Shown piece after piece: positions 1 to 6,018 of a DNA stretch of 64,000 nucleotides (its first letter is position 1; each line of letters begins with the position of its first letter). Under the pieces are notes generated by a model that saw only the letters and a list, made by a program, of their open reading frames with translations, did not search any database and was not told the DNA's origin. The stretch is from the IMG/VR virus record IMGVR_UViG_3300031841_004520, positions 1 to 64,000 of that record, one strand, 5' to 3'. Source of the stretch: a virus. The position numbers were made by a program, and so were the translations under genes.

Positions 1-346
1 CTGCACACAAGGCGTCGGCCATATCGTCAGACGTTTCTAGTGCATGAATAGCGTCGTGATTACGCTTGCGACTTTTGTAAGTATTGGTGAACAATACTTC
101 TTGACTAGCAGAGAAACAACGGAATTTTGTATCTGGCCCGTCCTTGATTCTGCGACTACCATCGGCCTGTTCTTCGGCTTGAGACTTGCACAGAAAAGCG
201 AAAGGACAGTCTACCCCCGACAAAATATCAAAGGAATAAACTTTGGCGGCAGACCGTCCTATCTTCTGGCCTAACCACCGCTTGAGCACAGTAGAGGCGA
301 GCTTGTATAGTTTCTTGAGTTTAGTATTGGCGGCTGAGAATTTCAT
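1..346 (-). CDS. Gp88-like phage protein (partial, runs off window)
   Basis: Missing from the ORF track because it is truncated. Translated by hand from ATG 346: MKFSAANTKLKKLYKL...VYSFDILSGVDCPFAFLCKSQA...DGPDTKFRCFSASQE. Has a GGAG RBS and an upstream promoter. Cys spacing resembles GP88-family proteins. Confidence 0.6.
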   Translation of the reverse strand, partial: MKFSAANTKLKKLYKLASTVLKRWLGQKIGRSAAKVYSFDILSGVDCPFAFLCKSQAEEQADGSRRIKDGPDTKFRCFSASQEVLFTNTYKSRKRNHDAIHALETSDDMADALCA

Positions 347-382
347 TGTGGTGTTCTCCGGTGTGATGTTGCTTGTCCCCTC

Positions 383-411
383 AGTATACTATAGTTATCG
401 TCCACTGTCAA
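383..411 (-). promoter_or_regulatory. sigma70-like early promoter TTGACA-N17-TATACT
   Basis: Minus strand reads TTGACA gtgga CGATA actatag TATACT, upstream of ATG 346. Confidence 0.8.
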
Positions 412-425
412 GCATAATCTTGAAT

Positions 426-548
426 CTTTTTTGGCTGACTATGCCACTAATGCCAGCCGGTAGGCTTAGGTGTGACAGAATAAGACTTTGGCACAGAACG
501 TGCGGGCACGACCGAACCTAAGTCATTGCTGAGCAACAACTTAGGCCG
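426..548. repeat. Composite intergenic element, copy 1
   Basis: Core ctatgccaNNNatgccagccggtaggcttaggt, TGGCAC...GC box (489-503), GCGGGC, and 25-bp dyad (519-543). Shared with the copies at ~1391 and ~2676. Confidence 0.9.
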
Positions 549-572
549 GTTCGCACACACCACGAGAGAGCG

Positions 573-956
573 TTACGCCACAATTCTACCGAATAGCGGC
601 TTGCGGCAATTCTTGACACGTTCGCAATAGAACTGTCGGATTTCACCGTCGTGCAATTCACACGTTACAATGTGATTTGTACGCTTGAACTCCGGATCGC
701 CTTTGCGATAGTTGGAAAGCCTATTCATTCTCTGAATAGTAGCGTCAGAAAACCTGAAAGGCTTGTCAAGAACCCTTGCAAGTACACGCTTTGGATCGCC
801 ATTCAATGGCTGCATGTACTCAAAATTAAAAACCTGTCCCGGTTTGGCTTCGCATAGATTAGCACGAAAACCACCGTAAACAGCGTAGATGCTGAAAGCT
901 ACCAATGCGATAGCAGCAGCAGCAACGATACCAACCGAAATCATCAAATTGTCCAT
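573..956 (-). CDS. Hypothetical protein with N-terminal membrane helix
   Basis: 127-aa ORF with hydrophobic N-terminus, GGAG RBS and its own consensus promoter. Confidence 0.75.
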   Translation of the reverse strand: MDNLMISVGIVAAAAIALVAFSIYAVYGGFRANLCEAKPGQVFNFEYMQPLNGDPKRVLARVLDKPFRFSDATIQRMNRLSNYRKGDPEFKRTNHIVTCELHDGEIRQFYCERVKNCRKPLFGRIVA

Positions 957-991
957 AATAAAAACTCCAAAGTGTGAAACTGAACCTAACC

Positions 992-1020
992 ATTATACCA
1001 TATGCTTGACACCGTGTCAA
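992..1020 (-). promoter_or_regulatory. Perfect sigma70 promoter TTGACA-N17-TATAAT
   Basis: Minus strand reads TTGACA cggtgtcaagcatatgg TATAAT. The -35 box is part of the palindrome TTGACAC-C-GTGTCAA (1006-1020). Confidence 0.85.
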
Positions 1021-1319
1021 GCCTTAATCGTCATTCCATCCTCAAAAGGTGTGATCCCATTCACATACCATTCCCAATTTTCTTGGCGTACATAAAAAGG
1101 ACTAAACTTATTGATTCTGTTTTTTGTTGTGTCTGTTTTGTGTCCACCATGTCTCAGCGTTACACTATTGTCAGGGTGGATCGTTACCACATCTGTACTG
1201 TACAGCCGAACAGCAATGCTGCCATTATGCAAAATTCTAGCGTATGTATTGTTTGCTACCTTGCGTTCCAGTTTGCAAGTTTTGCCGTGAACCAATTTTG
1301 TCAATTCTTTGTGTGTCAT
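1017..1319 (-). CDS. Conserved phage hypothetical protein (GG-x-x-T-x-TTK-x-RIN motif)
   Basis: 100-aa ORF with AGGAG RBS and upstream TTGACA-N16-TAGAAT. Confidence 0.75.
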   Translation of the reverse strand: MTHKELTKLVHGKTCKLERKVANNTYARILHNGSIAVRLYSTDVVTIHPDNSVTLRHGGHKTDTTKNRINKFSPFYVRQENWEWYVNGITPFEDGMTIKA

Positions 1320-1390
1320 AACTTTTCTCCTAAGTGTTATATCGACATTCTACCAGATAAACTTTAATTGTCAAGCGAAAAATTTGGCGT

Positions 1391-1512
1391 TTTTTCTCGC
1401 TGGCTATGCCACCTATGCCAGCCGGCAGGCTTAGGTAGGACAAATCAGCATTTGGCACAGCATATGCGGGCCCCGTCGCTGTAAGTCCTTATACAGCAAC
1501 GAGTTACGCCGA
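1391..1512. repeat. Composite intergenic element, copy 2
   Basis: tttttctcgctggctatgccacctatgccagccggcaggcttaggt, then TGGCACAGCATATGC (1453-1467), then 25-bp dyad (1482-1506). Confidence 0.9.
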
Positions 1513-1544
1513 TTTATAAAAAGTTAGGTGGAGCCGCTATCCCC

Positions 1545-1736
1545 TCAGTCAGATGTAGTAATATCGTAAGGGTAATTCCAGCTATAAGGGCTATTCCTAA
1601 CAGCTTCATTGTGTCTCTCTGTTGTCGACTCATCAAGTTCCTCCTCAAATAAAACGGTGTGTATACTCCACATTAGAGCAATACCAATACTATAACCAGT
1701 TACCACACTTAGAAAATCTAAATTAATAAAACTCAT
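1545..1736 (-). CDS. Small membrane hypothetical protein
   Basis: 63 aa with one hydrophobic helix. ATGA overlap with the upstream ORF and GAGGAG RBS. Confidence 0.65.
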   Translation of the reverse strand: MSFINLDFLSVVTGYSIGIALMWSIHTVLFEEELDESTTERHNEAVRNSPYSWNYPYDITTSD

Positions 1737-1960
1737 CCTGTATACTCCTCATAAGTGAAACTCTGAACCCCTCGACGATATTGTTCCTCTACAATACCTG
1801 AAATCGCTGCTAGATTTTCCTGTCTGTTCTCTGCTGTACTCAGATCAATCTTAGGTACTGCTACCATTATCGACAAATTGACCTGCTCTGTTCCAGTAAT
1901 TTCATCAACAATATTGTTGCAATCGTAGTATCGAAAATTTGGATCCATTGACTTATTCAT
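1733..1960 (-). CDS. Hypothetical protein
   Basis: 75 aa, GGAG RBS, tightly packed in the operon. Confidence 0.65.
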   Translation of the reverse strand: MNKSMDPNFRYYDCNNIVDEITGTEQVNLSIMVAVPKIDLSTAENRQENLAAISGIVEEQYRRGVQSFTYEEYTG

Positions 1961-1962
1961 GT

Positions 1963-2133
1963 TTATTCTCCGTTGATAAATCGTACTCGTAAAATGTTAG
2001 CGGCTACACTTACTCCGTCAAGTTCTTGTTGCTCCTGACATGCCAACAAATAGCATTGTAATCTAGGCGTGTCAAATTTGTCAAGTACTTTGTAAAGGTA
2101 TGCGTAAACAGATGTCGGTTTGTATTCGTACAT
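1963..2133 (-). CDS. Hypothetical protein
   Basis: Likely start is ATG 2133 (TGATG overlap with the upstream stop), giving MYEYKPTS... Confidence 0.55.
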   Translation of the reverse strand: MYEYKPTSVYAYLYKVLDKFDTPRLQCYLLACQEQQELDGVSVAANILRVRFINGE

Positions 2134-2369
2134 CACACCCCCCAATCTTCTGGATAGTCGAAAATATCATTCACGCAATCGTATTCGTTACCATATCCGT
2201 ACAGGTCAGCGTATTCCTGATCCATGTCTGGCTGCCCGTCATCATACGCATCTATCTCGTCTTGAAAGACATCACCATGAGCGACATATTCTTCTATCTG
2301 CTCAAGAACAGGATCAAGTCCGTCAACGTCGTCAAAATCTGAACGATAAATGTTTTCAGCAGGTGTCAT
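2133..2369 (-). CDS. Very acidic small protein
   Basis: D/E/Y-rich ~78 aa, GGAG RBS, promoter at 2405-2432. Confidence 0.7.
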   Translation of the reverse strand: MTPAENIYRSDFDDVDGLDPVLEQIEEYVAHGDVFQDEIDAYDDGQPDMDQEYADLYGYGNEYDCVNDIFDYPEDWGV

Positions 2370-2404
2370 AATCAATTCTCCAAGTGGTTAAGTGTTATAT
2401 TCCA

Positions 2405-2432
2405 AGTATACAGGTATTATCGACATTGTCAA
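2405..2432 (-). promoter_or_regulatory. sigma70-like promoter TTGACA-N16-TATACT with CGATA element
   Basis: Minus strand reads TTGACA atgt CGATA atacctg TATACT. Confidence 0.75.
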
Positions 2433-2441
2433 GAAAAATCT

Positions 2442-2600
2442 TTACTTTTTTTCTAAGATTGTATCCAAGTAAATTTCCTCCGGCGTGATAACGTATCCAT
2501 ACTCACAATTAGGGGTATAAACTCCCAAATATACTTTCCCGTTGTCATACCCTTCGAACCCTATCATCATCCCAAATATAGTGTAGATTGTCAACATCAT
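2442..2600 (-). CDS. 52-aa hypothetical protein (below ORF-track cutoff)
   Basis: MMLTIYTIFGMMIGFEGYDNGKVYLGVYTPNCEYGYVITPEEIYLDTILEKK. GGAG RBS, with CGATA-N7-TATAAG upstream. Confidence 0.65.
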   Translation of the reverse strand: MMLTIYTIFGMMIGFEGYDNGKVYLGVYTPNCEYGYVITPEEIYLDTILEKK

Positions 2601-2675
2601 TTTTCTCCGTGGGTTATTCTTTCCTTATACATATATTATCGGCTTGTCCTGGAGCTATCTTTAATTAAATACATC

Positions 2676-2792
2676 TTTTTTCTCGCTGGCTATGCCATCA
2701 ATGCCAGCCGGTAGGCTTAGGTGATACATATGTACACCTACGTTCGGCGGCGGGCTCCGTAGAGCTAAGTCCTTTCCTCACAAGGGTTTACG
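2676..2792. repeat. Composite intergenic element, copy 3
   Basis: Same core as copies 1 and 2. The sigma54-type box is replaced by the hairpin taggtg-a-tacatatgta-caccta. The right arm of the 25-bp dyad (2766-2790) supplies the stop codon of ORF 2788-3216. Confidence 0.9.
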
Positions 2793-3216
2793 TCAACAAT
2801 ACATATCGTTTCTTATTACCTCCCATTTTTTCCAGCTTTGAGATTTTATGTCGAAAAAATAACGCTGCTTTCCCTTGTATATGTCTGCTGCTTAGATGGT
2901 GATTCATTTCTTCGAATGATATTTTATCTTTACCCTCTACCATCTGATTCCATATAATATCTTTTTGCTCTGATGTAACATACTTAGGATTCATAGGAGT
3001 AGCAGTCATGCTGCTCATCTTCTGTTCAATTTGTTTCTCTAGAAACTCTGGCGATAGGTCACTCATAATATCAGAGTACTGTTCTTTTATATCCTTTACT
3101 CTCTGCTCATATCGTTGGTACTGCTCTATTATCAGTCGATTCTGTATTAGTACTTCTGCCATATCTCTGCACATATCATCTAATGCTGTCAATCTTGTTT
3201 CAAAATCCATGATCAT
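2788..3216 (-). CDS. Hypothetical coiled-coil protein, possible C-terminal winged helix
   Basis: 142 aa, heptad-like N-half, GGAG RBS. Confidence 0.7.
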   Translation of the reverse strand: MIMDFETRLTALDDMCRDMAEVLIQNRLIIEQYQRYEQRVKDIKEQYSDIMSDLSPEFLEKQIEQKMSSMTATPMNPKYVTSEQKDIIWNQMVEGKDKISFEEMNHHLSSRHIQGKAALFFRHKISKLEKMGGNKKRYVLLT

Positions 3217-3371
3217 TCTCCAGATGGTGATGTTTCTGTTTCCTCTAATAGCTTACGATTGAACTTGTGAACAGTACCATCCTGCTCAACACCCAACCAT
3301 ATCTTAGTGCATTCATCCCAGGCAGCTGATAGGATAGGGTACTGCCTCATAAGTGTTTCAGTGTCAGTCAT
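3213..3371 (-). CDS. Small hypothetical protein
   Basis: ATG 3371 with AGGAG RBS is more plausible than the ORF-track start at 3431. Confidence 0.55.
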   Translation of the reverse strand: MTDTETLMRQYPILSAAWDECTKIWLGVEQDGTVHKFNRKLLEETETSPSGE

Positions 3372-3714
3372 TATAACAATAGTCTCCTGTGTTAAAGTTA
3401 CGGATACGCTGTAGTCTGTCGGCAACTTCATAGAAGTCTAACCAGCCATCAACGTCTACAATACCTAATGCTGCATTCCATTCGGTATCATAGATCAGTT
3501 CACTTGTGATCTCTGGATCAGTACCGTGAGGATACTTTAACAACGCAAGTTCAAAATACCCTGCATGGCCACCATAAGTCCCATCATGACAAGCGACACT
3601 AGCCCCAAGTCCGTTGCTGAAATAGTAGCGTTTAACATATCGACCTTCCTTATTGTGAACGTCTGCTAGGAATCGTGTCTCATTTAGTTTCAGTGGGTTT
3701 ACTTTAGTTTTCAT
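3364..3714 (-). CDS. Conserved phage hypothetical protein (F-x-NG-x-GASV...YGG...FELA)
   Basis: 116 aa, GAGGAGG RBS, motif common in phage early proteins. Confidence 0.75.
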   Translation of the reverse strand: MKTKVNPLKLNETRFLADVHNKEGRYVKRYYFSNGLGASVACHDGTYGGHAGYFELALLKYPHGTDPEITSELIYDTEWNAALGIVDVDGWLDFYEVADRLQRIRNFNTGDYCYND

Positions 3715-3839
3715 TCTACATCCTCCTCAAATATAGGATCACCACACTCATCGACTGCTATACCGTCATCATTCATAAAAACATCGCCATTGGCTATACC
3801 CTCAACGATGATTTCTATTTTATCTTGTTCGCTAAACAT
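3711..3839 (-). CDS. 42-aa acidic microprotein
   Basis: MFSEQDKIEIIVEGIANGDVFMNDDGIAVDECGDPIFEEDVE. AGGAG RBS, ATGA overlap with the next gene. Confidence 0.6.
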   Translation of the reverse strand: MFSEQDKIEIIVEGIANGDVFMNDDGIAVDECGDPIFEEDVE

Positions 3840-3847
3840 TTTTACTC

Positions 3848-3940
3848 CTAACAAATTGGTGTGTAGCTATAGAATACTGACACAACAATAACACAACATA
3901 CAATAACAATCAACAACAATTCTTGATCTGACTCTTTCAT
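3848..3940 (-). CDS. 30-aa single-pass membrane microprotein
   Basis: MKESDQELLLIVIVCCVIVVSVFYSYTPIC. Strong AAGGAGG RBS. Confidence 0.55.
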   Translation of the reverse strand: MKESDQELLLIVIVCCVIVVSVFYSYTPIC

Positions 3941-3949
3941 AATGCCTCC

Positions 3950-4390
3950 TTATCGGCTTGCCTTCAGTATACCTTCCACTTTACGCTTGTCAACCATTTT
4001 CTCCAGACGGTTACGGATAATGCAACCCCTCACATTGGCTTGACGCCATGCCTTTACGATTGCTGTGAGCCTGACTATCTCTGATTGTCTGACATTAGCA
4101 AGTGTCTCTAAAAAGTCTGTTCTAGCTTGCATGATGTCGGCATAGTCACCGAATCCATCAACACTAGGACGGATTGCCAATTCGACTACGGTATTTTGTT
4201 TGCGATTATTACAGACACCGCACAGGGCTTGCAGATTGTCCAGACTTGTTTCACCACCCTTCGACTCTGGCACAATGTGGTCAGCTTGCAGGGCGTCACG
4301 GTCACCGATACCACAGGCACGGCAACGGCCATTGTCACGGTTGATCACTTGCAATCGCAGACTTGCAGGAATTGGTTTTTTGCGTCTCAT
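3950..4390 (-). CDS. HNH endonuclease
   Basis: RD-x3-CRAC...ADHIVPESKGG...DNLQALCGVCNNRK, a classic Zn-binding HNH. Confidence 0.9.
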   Translation of the reverse strand: MRRKKPIPASLRLQVINRDNGRCRACGIGDRDALQADHIVPESKGGETSLDNLQALCGVCNNRKQNTVVELAIRPSVDGFGDYADIMQARTDFLETLANVRQSEIVRLTAIVKAWRQANVRGCIIRNRLEKMVDKRKVEGILKASR

Positions 4391-4424
4391 AATGTGGTGT
4401 CCTTAGCGGGTGGTGAATAATCCG

Positions 4425-4453
4425 AGTCTAATATATATATCGACAGATTGCAA
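4425..4453 (-). promoter_or_regulatory. sigma70-like promoter TTGCAA-N17-TAGACT with CGATA element
   Basis: Minus strand reads TTGCAA tctgt CGATA tatatat TAGACT, upstream of the HNH gene. Confidence 0.65.
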
Positions 4454-4461
4454 GGGCAGCA

Positions 4462-4641
4462 TTAGCCTGCCCCGTAAAAATCCAGACTAGCCTGAAAATG
4501 TACAGACTCCGAATCCTCATAATCGACACGATCTTCAATCACTTCACAATGTTCTAAGCAATCGGGACAAATTTGTGCATCCGAATGAACGTATGATCCA
4601 CAGCAATCGGTAACATAATAGATTTCAAAATTCTTACTCAT
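4462..4641 (-). CDS. 59-aa Zn-ribbon-like protein (CC...CxxC-x3-C)
   Basis: MSKNFEIYYVTDCCGSYVHSDAQICPDCLEHCEVIEDRVDYEDSESVHFQASLDFYGAG. AAGGAG RBS. Below the ORF-track cutoff. Confidence 0.7.
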   Translation of the reverse strand: MSKNFEIYYVTDCCGSYVHSDAQICPDCLEHCEVIEDRVDYEDSESVHFQASLDFYGAG

Positions 4642-4688
4642 AATTAAAACTCCTTAAAGGTAAAACTTGTTTTGATACCTAATACATA

Positions 4689-4705
4689 TGCAATCGGCGT
4701 GCCAA
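4689..4705 (-). promoter_or_regulatory. sigma54 (RpoN) -24/-12 promoter
   Basis: Minus strand TTGGCACGCCGATTGCA matches consensus YTGGCACG-N4-TTGCW with exact GG-N10-GC spacing, ~50 nt upstream of ATG 4641. Confidence 0.75.
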
Positions 4706-4751
4706 AACTAAAAATATTTTTATACTTGTTTTATAGGTATATTGTGATTCT

Positions 4752-4840
4752 CATTTTAAGACATGATTTGCATTTTGCAAATAGTGTAGCATTTTGCATT
4801 GCATTTTGCAACACCCATGATATTGTGTATCATTTTGAGA
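4752..4840. repeat. Short iterated CATTTTGCA/CATTTTRAGA repeats
   Basis: cattttgca at 4771, 4790 and 4802; cattttaaga at 4752; cattttgaga at 4831. All lie in the longest non-coding gap. Confidence 0.7.
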
Positions 4841-4908
4841 TATTTCTGCCCCATAGGTTTAGATAGTACACTTATGTACAGTAGTGGGGTTTTTTTGTTT
4901 TGATATCG

Positions 4909-4931
4909 TTATTGAGAATCAGTCTCAATAA
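4909..4931. promoter_or_regulatory. Perfect 9-5-9 palindrome (Fur-box-like operator)
   Basis: TTATTGAGA-ATCAG-TCTCAATAA. Confidence 0.5.
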
Positions 4932-4988
4932 GCGGGGGTGGTATAGACACAATCCGACCCCCCATATTAAATTAACCGTTTTATATAA

Positions 4989-5189
4989 TTAGTTAATAGT
5001 ATCCTTCTTGGGTCTTCCTTTCTTTTTAATCACTTGCATCTTTCGTCTCTGTTGTCTTATCATATCCGACGTTATCTTCTCTCCACTAATTTCTCCCATT
5101 CTTATAGCTATTTGTTTGTCACTACATGTCCCGCAATTCTCCCTAATGAATTCCTTCTCTGCATTACTCCATCTCTTATAGTTAGCCAT
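4989..5189 (-). CDS. Small basic HTH-like DNA-binding protein
   Basis: W-S-x-x-E-x-x-FI...SDKQIA...IRQQRRKM, C-terminal KKKGRPKK AT-hook-like. Minus-strand GGTGTAT at 5241-5247 upstream. Confidence 0.7.
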   Translation of the reverse strand: MANYKRWSNAEKEFIRENCGTCSDKQIAIRMGEISGEKITSDMIRQQRRKMQVIKKKGRPKKDTIN

Positions 5190-5267
5190 TTTAGTAGATC
5201 CTTATTGACAAATGTGTATATCTTAATACTATAATACTAGATACACCGTTTTTTGCAAGGAGCAAAG

Positions 5268-5417
5268 ATGAGTAAACCAATTGACTCTACATTAAATGTA
5301 AAAGCTTGTGCCAGTTTGGATGTTTCAAAGGACCTGGAAAAATCCCAAGGAAAGTGCATTAATGAGCTACTAGATGAGCAAAAAGAAGACGACGAAGAAG
5401 AACACACTACCGAATAA
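5268..5417 (+). CDS. 49-aa hypothetical protein
   Basis: AAGGAG RBS. MSKPIDSTLNVKACASLDVSKDLEKSQGKCINELLDEQKEDDEEEHTTE. Overlaps the sigma gene start. Confidence 0.5.
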   Translation: MSKPIDSTLNVKACASLDVSKDLEKSQGKCINELLDEQKEDDEEEHTTE

Positions 5418-6018
5418 TGTAAGCGAAGCAGAATTTTTAGAAGTATTAGATAATATAAGTAGACGACTAGGTAATAAATTTAAATTTGGATATCATACTT
5501 TTGAAGACATGAAACAACAAGCCGCTATATTTGCTATAGAAGGCTTAAAACGCTACGACTCTAGCAGACCATTAGAAAACTTTTTATGGACGCATGTAAG
5601 AAATAGATTATTTAATTATAAAAGAGATCATTATCAACGACCAGATATTCCCTGCAACACCTGTCCTTTTTTCGACAAGCATTGTAAAAAAAGCCAGAGT
5701 ATGTGTACAGAGTTTAGCAATAGAAATGATTGCGAGCTTTATGACACATGGTATATCAGGAATAATGCTAAGAAAAACATAATGAAACCTGTGGATATAG
5801 AAAACACACCTAGCCACAGTAAATGCTTGGATGTAGAAGATATAGTTGACAATGCTGAGGTTCTTAATATAATAGATATTAAAATGCCTACTCAATATCG
5901 TGATCTGTATTTAAAATTACGTCATGGAGATAAAATAACCAAAAACGACCAGAAGAAAGTTATTAGTATAATCCAAACTATCCTAACACAACACTACGAA
6001 AATGAACAAGATACCTAA
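5374..6018 (+). CDS. Phage sigma70-family sigma factor (putative late sigma) with Cys-rich insertion
   Basis: Region-2-like EDMKQQAAIFAIEGLKRYDSSRPLENFLWTHVRNRLFNYKRD followed by CNTC...C...C...C. Heads the morphogenesis block. Confidence 0.7.
   Translation: MSKKKTTKKNTLPNNVSEAEFLEVLDNISRRLGNKFKFGYHTFEDMKQQAAIFAIEGLKRYDSSRPLENFLWTHVRNRLFNYKRDHYQRPDIPCNTCPFFDKHCKKSQSMCTEFSNRNDCELYDTWYIRNNAKKNIMKPVDIENTPSHSKCLDVEDIVDNAEVLNIIDIKMPTQYRDLYLKLRHGDKITKNDQKKVISIIQTILTQHYENEQDT

Noticed and set aside
1391-1425. Repeat-core hairpin as an intrinsic terminator
   Set aside because: The T-run precedes the stem on the plus strand and reads as an A-run after it on the minus strand, which is wrong for either direction. 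It fits an UP-element-like tract better.
519-2790. Dyads as integron attC sites
   Set aside because: They lack the RYYYAAC...GTTRRRY ends and the long imperfect stem, cassettes carry their own promoters, and there is no integron integrase in the window.
426-2792. Repeats as a CRISPR array
   Set aside because: Only three copies, ~1 kb apart, separated by whole genes. No 30-40 bp spacers and no cas genes.
3881-3920. CAA/ACA-rich low-complexity tract
   Set aside because: Explained as the antisense of Val/Ile/Leu/Cys codons in the 30-aa membrane peptide.
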